Below are positions 16,602 through 26,226 of a stretch of DNA of 64,000 nucleotides, piece after piece. Within the stretch, counting starts at the first letter, position 1; every line of letters starts with the position of its first letter. The notes below the pieces were generated by a model. That model did not search any database. It worked only from the letters and a program-made list of their open reading frames with translations, and was not told the DNA's origin. The stretch spans positions 19,969 to 83,968 of the forward strand of contig NZ_CABHOL010000043.1 in assembly GCF_902168135.1 (NCBI RefSeq). Reading direction: 5' to 3'. The DNA comes from an uncultured Fluviicola sp. Lineage in GTDB: Bacteria > Bacteroidota > Bacteroidia > Flavobacteriales_D > Crocinitomicaceae. Made by a program: the position numbers and the translations under genes.

Positions 16602-19502
16602 TTGATTAAGTCATTGCTTTCAGGATTACTTTTCAGTGCAATTGCATGGAATGCAGCTGCTCGATCAAATCGCATTTCCTGGGATTACAATTACGCACAT
16701 TATGGTATTGGAAATGGCTTGCCGAGTTCGGAGACCTACCAGGTTTATCAGGATCATGCCGGCATACTTTGGATTTTAACGGACCGGGGAATTGTATGTT
16801 ATGACGGATATGGGTTCCATACTTATACAACAGAGAACGGTCTTGCAGACAATGTTAATTTCCGCACAGTAGAAGATCCCGGGGGCGGTGTTTGGTTTAT
16901 CGGTTATAACGGATTATTGAGCGTTTTTCGGGATGGGAAAATGCAGCCGTATCGATACAACGGACTGATTAAGAAAAAACTTAAAACCGTTAGGAACCCA
17001 ATCGTTTCAGCACATGTTAACCAGGATCTTTCAATTGTTTACAGTTCTTTTAAGAACGGATTATTCACGATAAGTGCACATGGACAATTGAAAGAACTTC
17101 CGATAAAATCTGTACACGGAGGATCATTCTGGCAATTTGGAAATGATTTTTTGCCGCATTACCATATTACGAATACTAGTAATGATCCGGTCGACGTCTT
17201 CCTGATTCGGAATAATCGCAAATGGGATATAGGGAAACTTTTTTTATCGATTACTGTTAGAGTTAAAGAGCATAAAAAACATCTTTTCCTATTGTCAGAT
17301 CATAAGGCTTATATGAATGACGGGAAGCAATTCGATTTAGTTTCCGGCGGGCAGCCAGCCATTGCTCTGGATGTAGATAAAGAATTTGTATACATCGGAT
17401 ATTACAAAGGTGGGGTAAAGAAATTTCGCTTTGATCCAAAAACAAAAAAGCTTCTCCTGGTAAGTCATTATTTACCAGGATTCTCGGTTACTTCTGCTTT
17501 AAGTGATTTGAATGGAGCCTTGTGGTTTTCAACTCTTGAGAAAGGAGTGTTTGCGATTCATGATGAAGCATTTAAGCAGTTATCCATCAATGGCAGCCGG
17601 TTTAACGGAGATGTCAGGTTTATCACCGGTAATAAGGATAAAGTGGTACTTACCCATTATGTAGGGAAATGGCAGCAGCTCTATCCACCTTACAGATGCA
17701 AGGATGTAGGGAAAATGATTTATAGATATAACCTGGTTCCTTTTAAAGATGGATTTGTTTTTAGCCAGGGGCTTATTGACTGGGGTGATTGGCCTGATGT
17801 CTACGATCTTTTCCCCGGAAACCCGATTTATGTTAAGGGAACCGGTATCATTGGCAGCTCAAGACCCGATAAGCCTGTTAAAATCATGGAAATGGGCCAG
17901 GAGGGGAATATTCTTCGGATTTTATTGCGTTTAGGTTCATCCGCCAAACTAAGTGGTTCTTTTTCTCACTACCACATTGGGTCCGATAAGCATTTTTTCG
18001 GGTTATTTGACCAGGGAGTTTATGCCGCCGATATCAAGAATCAGAGATTTGACCGGGAGCCATATCCTATTTTGACTAAAAGGATTAGTTTACTAAAATA
18101 CAACCCAGCCTGGGGATTAATTGCCTGCTCCAATTCGGAAGGTCTTTTTAGAATTGATCCGGAAACGGAAAAAGTCTCCGGTTTTGCTTCCGGTCTTGGT
18201 TTGGGGAAACAGGTCTTAACATTTTGCTTTGATGAAAAGGACCGGTTGTGGGTGGCGACCCGGAGGGGAATTTTCCTGCTGGTAAATAATTCCGGGAAAA
18301 TATCGGTTGACTCTTTCCTGGACAGCGGTGCATTATCCAGTGCGGAAATAACGGATTCATATGTGTATGACAATCTGTTGTACCTGGCTACGAAAGAAGG
18401 GGTCCAGAAAATAGACTGGATGCACATTAAAAAAAGATTAAAGGTTTTTCCGCTTTCATTGTTCTCAGTAAAGGCATTTGCAAATAATAAACAATTGACC
18501 GAAAGCAGAGTGTTTCCATCTCAAACGGATCTTATCAAAATTTTTCTTTACAGCAAAAACCTGGATAAATCTCCCGAATACCGTTACCGGTTTAACGAAG
18601 ATGAGACCTGGATCACATCCAACAAGGGAGAGATTATTATTAATAACCCTGCTGATGGAAATTATAGCCTGGAGATAGCATACCTTGATGCAAAGGAAAA
18701 ATGGTCTGATCCTAAGATCCTCTACAATTTCTCGGTTGAAAAAGTCATTTTCCTGCGCTGGTATTTCATACTGCTTTATGTCGGGTTGATTATTCTTTTG
18801 TTTTATGGGGTTTTGAAATATACCGTTAGAGCTGCAAGCAGAAAAAATGAATTGCTGAACCGGATGATGGAATTGGAGCGAATGGCCTTGTCAGCGCAGA
18901 TGAATCCTCATTTCATCTTCAATTCGTTGAACTCCATTCATAGTTTCCTGTTGTATGAAGAGAATGAAAATGCGGAAAAGTACCTGCTGCGTTTTGCAAA
19001 ACTGATCCGGCAGACATTGGCCAATTCAAGGGTTTCGTATATAACCGTCTCGGAAGAACATGAAACGTTGAATAATTATGTGCTTTTGGAAAAAATGCGC
19101 TTCAAGAATAACTTCTCCTACCGGATAGACTGCAATTTTAAAGAACTTCCCCAGCATGCATGTATTCCACCGATGCTGATCCAACCGTATGTGGAGAATG
19201 CAATTATTCACGGACTTTCAAAAAAGACAACAGATGCGGAGTTGTTTATTGGGTTTTACAGAGAAGGCGAACTGTTAAAAGTGGTAATCCGCGACAACGG
19301 CATCGGTTATAAAGAATCCATTAAGAATAAACGAGATAACGGACATAAATCATATGGTACTCTGATAACGGAAGAACGTCTGAAGTCTTTCCAGGAAAAA
19401 AGTAAAGATGGATTTAGTGTTCGGATCCGTGAAGCTGACGAATTCAATACGGAATTCCCGGGAACGGAAGTGGTGCTGACAATTCCGATACCCAACAATT
19501 GA
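16602..19502 (+). CDS. LytS-type (His_kinase PF06580-like) sensor histidine kinase with two-component regulator propeller periplasmic domain
   Basis: Propeller repeats (GLPSSE.Y.V.QD..G.LW, GLADN), one TM helix, LSAQMNPHFIFNSLNSI, IPPMLIQPYVENAIIHG, DNGIG. Confidence 0.92.
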   Translation: MIKSLLSGLLFSAIAWNAAARSNRISWDYNYAHYGIGNGLPSSETYQVYQDHAGILWILTDRGIVCYDGYGFHTYTTENGLADNVNFRTVEDPGGGVWFIGYNGLLSVFRDGKMQPYRYNGLIKKKLKTVRNPIVSAHVNQDLSIVYSSFKNGLFTISAHGQLKELPIKSVHGGSFWQFGNDFLPHYHITNTSNDPVDVFLIRNNRKWDIGKLFLSITVRVKEHKKHLFLLSDHKAYMNDGKQFDLVSGGQPAIALDVDKEFVYIGYYKGGVKKFRFDPKTKKLLLVSHYLPGFSVTSALSDLNGALWFSTLEKGVFAIHDEAFKQLSINGSRFNGDVRFITGNKDKVVLTHYVGKWQQLYPPYRCKDVGKMIYRYNLVPFKDGFVFSQGLIDWGDWPDVYDLFPGNPIYVKGTGIIGSSRPDKPVKIMEMGQEGNILRILLRLGSSAKLSGSFSHYHIGSDKHFFGLFDQGVYAADIKNQRFDREPYPILTKRISLLKYNPAWGLIACSNSEGLFRIDPETEKVSGFASGLGLGKQVLTFCFDEKDRLWVATRRGIFLLVNNSGKISVDSFLDSGALSSAEITDSYVYDNLLYLATKEGVQKIDWMHIKKRLKVFPLSLFSVKAFANNKQLTESRVFPSQTDLIKIFLYSKNLDKSPEYRYRFNEDETWITSNKGEIIINNPADGNYSLEIAYLDAKEKWSDPKILYNFSVEKVIFLRWYFILLYVGLIILLFYGVLKYTVRAASRKNELLNRMMELERMALSAQMNPHFIFNSLNSIHSFLLYEENENAEKYLLRFAKLIRQTLANSRVSYITVSEEHETLNNYVLLEKMRFKNNFSYRIDCNFKELPQHACIPPMLIQPYVENAIIHGLSKKTTDAELFIGFYREGELLKVVIRDNGIGYKESIKNKRDNGHKSYGTLITEERLKSFQEKSKDGFSVRIREADEFNTEFPGTEVVLTIPIPNN

Positions 19503-20093
19503 TTAGCCGTGCATCGTTTCTGCTTTCCCATACTTATCCATCAGCGAAGCTTCAAATTCCAGGAATGCTTTCCAGCGTGAGTCCACATCAATGCCTTCAC
19601 CGTATTTCCGCGCAAAATTCAGGAATACCGTGTAATGCCGGGCCTCGCTTTCCATTAAGCTGCGGTAAAATGCACGCAGGTCTTCATCATTGATTTCTTC
19701 AGATAAGATCTTGAAACGCTCACAGCTGCGTGCTTCGATCATTGCTGCAAAAAGCAGTTGGTTCACCATGTGTGATTTCTTCGGGTTCCCTGAATGTGCA
19801 TGTTTCAGAAATTCCAGTAAGTCGTGAACGTATGGGTCTTTGCGTTCAAAACCAAGTTCATACCCCCGTTCCAGGATTTTATCGTGCACCATTCCGAAAT
19901 GCTCCATTTCTTCCTGGCAAATTTCAATCATGGCTTTTACCATGTCCGGGTATTGCGGATACTGAACGATAATTGAAATGGCATTGCTCGCCGCTTTTTG
20001 TTCGCAGAAAGCATGGTCCGTCAATATTTCGGAAATGTTTTTCTCCACAATATTCACCCAGCGCGGGTCGGTTGGTAATTTTAAACCTAACAT
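19503..20093 (-). CDS. miaE: tRNA-(ms2io6A37) hydroxylase MiaE (start refined to ATG at 20093)
   Basis: LKLPTDPRW, LTDHAFCEQKAA, EEMEHF, MIEARSCERF, SEARHY di-iron ligands. Confidence 0.9.
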   Translation of the reverse strand: MLGLKLPTDPRWVNIVEKNISEILTDHAFCEQKAASNAISIIVQYPQYPDMVKAMIEICQEEMEHFGMVHDKILERGYELGFERKDPYVHDLLEFLKHAHSGNPKKSHMVNQLLFAAMIEARSCERFKILSEEINDEDLRAFYRSLMESEARHYTVFLNFARKYGEGIDVDSRWKAFLEFEASLMDKYGKAETMHG

Positions 20094-20205
20094 AATTGAA
20101 ATTTTACCGCAAATTTCGTGATTTCTTGAATTCAAATCCTAGTTTTGTTGGAATAAGTTTGCCTTCTGAATGAAGGGAATTTGTTTTCTTGCCGATTCAA
20201 ACGCG

Positions 20206-20270
20206 CCCGATGACTATCGGGAATATTGAATGCGAACAAAAATCTGCGTTCATCTGCGCTCTCTGCAGGA
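20206..20270. repeat. Palindrome CCCGATGACTATCGGG followed by three 10-bp-spaced (A)TCTGC(G) units
   Basis: 6-bp stem palindrome at 20206-20221; ATCTGCG at 20242 and 20252, TCTGCA at 20262. Confidence 0.5.
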
Positions 20271-20305
20271 AATAATTTGTATCAATTATTTAGAAAGATA
20301 AAATT

Positions 20306-21940
20306 ATGAAGCTTTTGTCCTTGTTGTTTTTCGTTTGTTTAGGATTTGTGTCCAATCAGGTTTTCTCCCAAAAGAACGCCCCGAAAGTAGTTGTCGGAAT
20401 TGTGGTTGATCAAATGTGTTACGATTATTTGTACCGGTTTTATCCGCAATTCGGGAAGGACGGTTTTAAGCGCCTGATGGACAAGGGGGCTCATTTCAGA
20501 AATGTGACTTACAATTACGTTCCGACTTACACTGGTCCCGGACATGCTTCTATTTATACCGGAAGTACGCCAAGTAACCATGGAATTGTGGCCAACGAAT
20601 GGCACTACCGCCCCTTTAACAGGGAGGTGAATTGTGTGGAAGATACAACGGTTTCAACTGTCGGATCAATGAGCGGTTACGGAAAACGATCGCCTTATTT
20701 TTTGAGATCGAATACCATTACCGACCAGTTAAAGCTAACTTACCCGGACTCTAAAGTAATCGGTGTTTCCATCAAGGACCGTAGTGCGATCCTGCCAGCC
20801 GGTCATCTATCCGATGGCTCTTATTGGTACGATTATGCAACGGGAAATTTTATTACTTCGACCTTCTACAAAAAAGAACTTCCGGCCTGGGTGGACCAGT
20901 TCAATGATCAAAAGCTGGTTTCCAAATATATCAATGAACCCTGGAAACTGTTGAAAGATTCTTCCTCTTACACCTATATCAAACAAGATAATTCTCCGTA
21001 TGAAGGTTTGGTAGGAGGGAAGACTAGTCCTGTTTTTCCTTACGACTTCAGTAAAGCTGCGCCAATCGACCAATACAATTTATTTACAATAACACCGGCG
21101 GCAAATACCTTCCTGACCGATTTTGCGATCAACGCACTTTCCAAAGAGCAATTAGGGAAACATGCAACGACCGATTTTCTAGCGATCAGTTATTCGACCC
21201 CCGATATCGCAGGACATGCTTTCGGACCTTATTCCCTGGAAATGGAAGATATGTACTTCCGGTTGGACCAGGAGCTGGCACGTTTGTTCCAAACTTTGGA
21301 CAAAGAAATTGGAAAAGGACAGTATGTAGTGTTCCTGACTGCCGATCATGCGGTAGTTCCTGTTCCACAATTTTTGATGGACCATCAATTGCCGGGAGGA
21401 TACCTATTTCTTCAAAATAAGATTGAGAACCTGAGAAAGGCCTGTGTTGCGAAATTTGGGAAAGACTATTTGAATACCATTGAGAATGACAATGTATACT
21501 TGACCGACAATGTTTTGGGAACAGAATTGGAGCCGCAGGTAATTGCTTTATTCAAAACCGAAATCGCTCAATGGACGGAGGTAAAGCAGGTTTATACGAA
21601 GGATGAATTATTGGTTAGGACAGCTGATAATTGGCAGCAAATGATCGCTTCCGGTTATGATAAGGAACGAAGCGGAGAATTGATCTTTATCCTGCAGCCG
21701 GGTTATTTACCAAAAACAGCAGATACTCCCGGATCACATAAAGGTACCAGCCATGGCTCTGCGTTTAATTACGACACGCACGTTCCGGTATTGTTTTACG
21801 GGAAAGATATTCTTCCACAGGACGTGTTTACACCTTATGAGATCGTAGACATCACAGCAACACTGGTGCATATCCTGGACGTTCAGCGTCCGAATACTGC
21901 AATTGGAAAGCCGATGATCGAATTATTTCGAAAAAAATAA
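20306..21940 (+). CDS. pafA: Alkaline phosphatase PafA family
   Basis: VVGIVVDQM, PTYTGPGHASIYTG, SIKDRSAILPAGH, YWYD, DIAGHAFGP, TADH, HGS; signal peptide. Confidence 0.92.
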   Translation: MKLLSLLFFVCLGFVSNQVFSQKNAPKVVVGIVVDQMCYDYLYRFYPQFGKDGFKRLMDKGAHFRNVTYNYVPTYTGPGHASIYTGSTPSNHGIVANEWHYRPFNREVNCVEDTTVSTVGSMSGYGKRSPYFLRSNTITDQLKLTYPDSKVIGVSIKDRSAILPAGHLSDGSYWYDYATGNFITSTFYKKELPAWVDQFNDQKLVSKYINEPWKLLKDSSSYTYIKQDNSPYEGLVGGKTSPVFPYDFSKAAPIDQYNLFTITPAANTFLTDFAINALSKEQLGKHATTDFLAISYSTPDIAGHAFGPYSLEMEDMYFRLDQELARLFQTLDKEIGKGQYVVFLTADHAVVPVPQFLMDHQLPGGYLFLQNKIENLRKACVAKFGKDYLNTIENDNVYLTDNVLGTELEPQVIALFKTEIAQWTEVKQVYTKDELLVRTADNWQQMIASGYDKERSGELIFILQPGYLPKTADTPGSHKGTSHGSAFNYDTHVPVLFYGKDILPQDVFTPYEIVDITATLVHILDVQRPNTAIGKPMIELFRKK

Positions 21941-21947
21941 ATAAGCG

Positions 21948-21975
21948 GTAGGGACGCAATGCATCGCATCCCTAC
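21948..21975. repeat. GTAG-type REP-like palindrome
   Basis: GTAGGGACGCAATGCATCGCATCCCTAC; near-identical copy at 53819-53846. Confidence 0.8.
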
Positions 21976-22235
21976 CTTGAATTCAACGGATTGATTAATA
22001 ACTGATTATTTATTGGGAAAACAAGGTGGTTGAGCGGAATCAAAACCGCAATTTGAATTTTTTGCAGAAAAATCTTTCCATCTGCTTGCAATAATTGAAA
22101 TAATGACTAATTTTGTGCACCCAAATGCTTACGCTGTAGCTCTTCACCTATGCTTAACCGCTTCGGTGGAGTAAGGTCAGCAAAGGCGCAAAGGGCGGGA
22201 TTAATCGAAATTCCGAAAATTGAAATAGAATTTAG

Positions 22236-22249
22236 TCCGCCGCGGCGGA
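22236..22249. repeat. Perfect 14-bp GC palindrome TCCGCCGCGGCGGA
   Basis: Identical copy (15 bp with the preceding G) at 59025-59039. Confidence 0.8.
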
Positions 22250-22258
22250 ATTAAATAT

Positions 22259-22340
22259 GCGGATGTGGTGAAATTGGTAGACACGCTAGACTTAGGATCT
22301 AGTGCCGAGAGGTGTGCGGGTTCGAGTCCCTCCATCCGCA
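22259..22340 (+). tRNA. tRNA-Leu (anticodon TAG)
   Basis: GCGGATG/CATCCGC acceptor stem, D-loop TGGTAGAC, anticodon arm CTAGA-CTTAGGA-TCTAG, long variable arm, GGTTCGAGTCC; CCA not encoded. Confidence 0.96.
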
Positions 22341-22414
22341 CTTCAGATGGTCTCGTTGTTTGTCAATGAAGACCATTTTTTGTTTATACAGGTTAAGAAT
22401 AAAAAAAAAACGGA

Positions 22415-23767
22415 ATGAACGTAACACGTCAAGAAGTTAATGCAGAAACAGCATTGTTAACAGTGCAGGTTTCACCGGCAGATTACCAAAGTAAAGTGGC
22501 TGCTTCTTTAGATAAATATCGCAAACAAGCGAAAATCCCGGGATTCCGCCCAGGAAAAGTTCCTATGGGCTTGATCCAAAAGCAATATGGGAAAGGTGTT
22601 TTAGCTGAAGAAATGAACAAATTGGTTTCTGACGCTTTGTACGCATATGTTCAAGAAAATAAATTAGAAATCCTTGGAAACCCGATCCCGAAAGAAGGAT
22701 CTGAAGTAAAGGGAGATTTCGACAATCCGGGTGATTTTGAATTCGTATATGAAATCGGGTATTCTCCGGCTATCGATTTGAAATTGACCAACAAAAGCAA
22801 ATACGATTACGTTCAGGTGAAGATTGATGATAAGCTGATTGATCAGCAAATCGATGATTTACGCCGTCGTTACGGAAAAATGACTTCTACCGATGAGGTG
22901 GGTGAAACAGATATGATTTTGGCTCAATTCGTTGAGTTGAATGAGGACGGTTCTATCAAAGAAGGTGGAATTATGCATTCTTCAACAACTTCGATGGAGT
23001 TTATTGAAGATAAGAAGGTGAAAAAATCATTGGTTGGTAAGAAAGTAGGGGACAAAGTAACTGTTTCTGCTTCTGCAATAACACGAGGTGACAGCGATAA
23101 AGCTGCCATGCTTGGAATTAAGCCGGAAGAACTGGCAAACCACACAGATTCTTATCAAATGACGATCAACGACATCAAACGCATGGAGTTGGCTGAATTG
23201 AACCAGGATTTATTTGACAAATTGTTCGGTGAAGCAGCTGTTTCTTCTGAAAAAGAATTGCGTGAGCGTATCGCTGCAGATTTGAAGAACATGTTTGCAA
23301 ATGACTCTGATCGTTTGTTGACACGTGAAGTTTACCGTGATTTAGTAGAAAACACACCGGTTAACCTTCCGAATGATTTCCTGAAGCGCTGGATCCAGCT
23401 GTCAAACGAAAAGCCGATCACTATCGAGCAGATTGAAGCAGACTATGACAGCTACGCGAAAGATTTGAAATGGCAGTTGATCCAGGGACATATCTTCAAA
23501 GCAAACGATATCAAATTGGACAATGCTGAAGTGATCGAATTCACAAAAGGATTGATTGCAAACCAGTTTGCGCAGTATGGAATTCCTGCTCCTGAAGATG
23601 CGGAATTGACCAAACAAGCTGCAGGGGCATTGCAGAACCGCGAGGAAGCAAACCGTATTTACGACATGCTTGCGGAAACAAAATTGACACAATACTTCAA
23701 GGATACCGTGAAATTGAACTCGAAAGAAATTTCTTATGACGAGTTCGTTGAACTGGCTTCGAAGTAA
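22415..23767 (+). CDS. tig: Trigger factor
   Basis: Ribosome-binding signature IPGFRPGKVP; Bacteroidetes-type TF; directly downstream of tRNA-Leu. Confidence 0.95.
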   Translation: MNVTRQEVNAETALLTVQVSPADYQSKVAASLDKYRKQAKIPGFRPGKVPMGLIQKQYGKGVLAEEMNKLVSDALYAYVQENKLEILGNPIPKEGSEVKGDFDNPGDFEFVYEIGYSPAIDLKLTNKSKYDYVQVKIDDKLIDQQIDDLRRRYGKMTSTDEVGETDMILAQFVELNEDGSIKEGGIMHSSTTSMEFIEDKKVKKSLVGKKVGDKVTVSASAITRGDSDKAAMLGIKPEELANHTDSYQMTINDIKRMELAELNQDLFDKLFGEAAVSSEKELRERIAADLKNMFANDSDRLLTREVYRDLVENTPVNLPNDFLKRWIQLSNEKPITIEQIEADYDSYAKDLKWQLIQGHIFKANDIKLDNAEVIEFTKGLIANQFAQYGIPAPEDAELTKQAAGALQNREEANRIYDMLAETKLTQYFKDTVKLNSKEISYDEFVELASK

Positions 23768-23785
23768 TTTATATCACATTAAAAA

Positions 23786-23826
23786 ATGGGGCGTCTCGGT
23801 TTAACCGGGACGCCCCATCGTTTTTT
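23786..23826 (+). terminator. Rho-independent terminator of tig
   Basis: Stem ATGGGGCGTCTCGGT / ACCGGGACGCCCCAT followed by a T run. Confidence 0.85.
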
Positions 23827-23842
23827 ATACTAATTTTAGTTC

Positions 23843-25393
23843 ATGAACAATATGTTGGCTCCATGGGTTATTGCAGTAGTGTTAATCACTTATTTTGCAT
23901 TACTTATTTTGATTTCATTTCTGACTTCACGAAATGCAGATTCCGATTCGTTTTTTACCGGTAATAAACAAAGTCCCTGGTATTTGGTAGCTTTCGGAAT
24001 GATCGGAGCATCCCTTTCCGGGGTAACGTTCATTTCCGTTCCCGGCAAAGTCGCCAGTGAAGGAATGGCCTATTTTCAAATCGTCCTGGGGTATGTGATC
24101 GGCTATATTGTCATTGCACAGGTATTGATGCCGCTGTATTACCGCCTGAATGTCACTTCGATCTACCAATACCTCCAAACCCGTTTTGGGACTGTCAGTT
24201 ATAAGACCGGGGCAGGTTTTTTCATTTTGTCGCGCACCCTGGGATCCGCAACACGCCTTTACCTGGCAACGGAGGTTCTGCATTTGTTCTTATTTAAGGA
24301 TTTGGGAGTAGCCTATTGGGTTACAGCCTTAACAACGGTAGCATTGATCTGGGTTTATACTTTTAAAGGAGGAATAAAGACCATTGTCTACACCGATACT
24401 TTTCAAACCGTTTTTTTAATCAGTGCTGTCATCATTTGTACAGTCATTATATCCAATGCACTTGGGGTTAACTGGAGCGGCTTGTATGCAAAAATAGCAG
24501 CAACCAAAACATCGGGAAATTACTCCATGTCGCGTATCTTTTTCTTCGATGATCCAAATTCTCCGCTGTATTTTTACAAACAATTCTTCGGAGGAATGTT
24601 CCTGGCTATCGCCATGACCGGTTTGGATCAGGACCTGATGCAGAAAAACCTGACCTGCAGGAATATCGGAGAGGCCCAAAAGAACATGTATTCATTTACA
24701 ACGGTTTTAGTTATTACGAACTTTCTATTCCTGCTTTTGGGAGGTGCATTGTATGTTTATGCCAACCACTTTCAAATTGATTTACCGGTTAAAACAGATC
24801 ATACTTTCCCAACGCTGGCATTGAATAATTTTGGGAAAATTGCCGGAATTTTCTTCCTTTTGGGGATAACAGCCTCTTCTTATGCATCGGCAGATAGTGC
24901 TTTAGCTGCTTTAACTACCGGATTTTGCATAGATTTTCTACATTTTGAACGCAGAACAGAGGCCCAGAAACAACGAATCAAACTCTTTGTTCATATTGGT
25001 TTTTCGGTTTTATTTTTAGCTATTATTTTGGCTACTAAAACCTATGTTGACGCAAATCCAAAAACAGATCTTATCGGGTTGATTTTGACCATAGCGGGCT
25101 ATACTTACGGGCCATTGCTCGGATTGTTCACCTTTGGAATTGTATTAAAACGCAAACTAAACGAATGGCTGGTTCCAATTGTATGTATTATTATTCCTTT
25201 GGTCTGTTATTACGTAAGCCAGAACATGCCGCTATGGACAGGAGGTGTGATAATCAATAAGGAAATTGTCGGAGGATATCGTTTTGGGAATGAACTATTG
25301 ATCCTCAACGGATTGTTGACATTCTTAGGCTTGTGGTTTATTTCAAAACCGGGAAAAACTGTTGAAAAGGCTCAAAATGTTCAAACAGTTTAA
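23843..25393 (+). CDS. Sodium:solute symporter (SSS) family transporter
   Basis: About 13 TM helices; FFTGNKQSPWYLVAFGMIGASLSGVTFISVPG, GLDQDLMQKNL, YTYGPLLGLF. Confidence 0.92.
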   Translation: MNNMLAPWVIAVVLITYFALLILISFLTSRNADSDSFFTGNKQSPWYLVAFGMIGASLSGVTFISVPGKVASEGMAYFQIVLGYVIGYIVIAQVLMPLYYRLNVTSIYQYLQTRFGTVSYKTGAGFFILSRTLGSATRLYLATEVLHLFLFKDLGVAYWVTALTTVALIWVYTFKGGIKTIVYTDTFQTVFLISAVIICTVIISNALGVNWSGLYAKIAATKTSGNYSMSRIFFFDDPNSPLYFYKQFFGGMFLAIAMTGLDQDLMQKNLTCRNIGEAQKNMYSFTTVLVITNFLFLLLGGALYVYANHFQIDLPVKTDHTFPTLALNNFGKIAGIFFLLGITASSYASADSALAALTTGFCIDFLHFERRTEAQKQRIKLFVHIGFSVLFLAIILATKTYVDANPKTDLIGLILTIAGYTYGPLLGLFTFGIVLKRKLNEWLVPIVCIIIPLVCYYVSQNMPLWTGGVIINKEIVGGYRFGNELLILNGLLTFLGLWFISKPGKTVEKAQNVQTV

Positions 25394-25488
25394 TTGAGGA
25401 CATAAATAACTGTCTTGCAGAATACTTTCAAAGAATTAAAGGTTTTTTAACCCGGATATCTCATCCCGCGTTCGGATATCGAATACCT

Positions 25489-26160
25489 TTGAATATGATT
25501 CAAAAAACAAAAGCATTTCTCTTTGACCTCAACGGCACCATGATCGACGACATGGGCTTCCATTTAAAAGTCTGGAACAAAATCCTGAACGATGATCTGA
25601 AAGCAGGTTTAACCCTTGACCAGGTGAAACAGCAGATGTATGGTAAGAACCACGAATTGCTCGACCGCGTTTTTGGAATTGGAACCCTGAGTGAAGAAAC
25701 GATTCGTATTTACTCTGAAAAGAAGGAAGCTCTTTACCAGGAAATCTACCGTCCGCATTTGGAGCTGATTCCCGGACTGGGAGGATTATTCCAGCGTGCA
25801 GAACATGCAGGAATTTCAATGGCAATTGGTTCTGCAGCAAATAACTTCAACATTGATTTTGTATTGGATATACTGGATATCCGCAAGTATTTCAAGGCAA
25901 TCGTGGGAGCCGAAAACGTGGTGCAAAGTAAACCTGATCCGGAAGTCTTTTTGAAAGGCGCGGAATTATTGGGTGTTGAGCCGGAATCCTGTATTGTATT
26001 TGAAGATGTTCCGAAAGGAGCAGAAGCGGCTTTGAATGCCGGTATGAAAGCGGTGATTATTACCACCACGCATGCGGAAGAGGAATTCGCTCACTATCAG
26101 AATGTTCTGTTCTTCATCAAAGATTACAACGATCCCCGCCTCGAAGAATTATTTTCATAA
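25489..26160 (+). CDS. HAD-superfamily phosphatase (beta-PGM/CbbY-like)
   Basis: FDLNGTMID (motif I variant), GSAA, KPDPEVF, VFED..KG..AA..AGM. Confidence 0.85.
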   Translation: MNMIQKTKAFLFDLNGTMIDDMGFHLKVWNKILNDDLKAGLTLDQVKQQMYGKNHELLDRVFGIGTLSEETIRIYSEKKEALYQEIYRPHLELIPGLGGLFQRAEHAGISMAIGSAANNFNIDFVLDILDIRKYFKAIVGAENVVQSKPDPEVFLKGAELLGVEPESCIVFEDVPKGAEAALNAGMKAVIITTTHAEEEFAHYQNVLFFIKDYNDPRLEELFS

Positions 26161-26195
26161 TTCGGCATTCGGCACTCGGAATTCGCAATTAGAAT
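26158..26195. repeat. Degenerate heptamer array (TTCGGCA TTCGGCA CTCGGAA TTCGCAA TTAGAAT)
   Basis: 7-bp periodicity starting right at the HAD stop codon. Confidence 0.55.
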
Positions 26196-26226
26196 AGCTA
26201 TCTTTAATTTAACAAATAGCATTACC

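Noticed and set aside
22259-22414. tRNA-Leu as an integration site for an island
   Set aside because: No integrase, no duplicated tRNA 3' end in the window, and tig follows directly.
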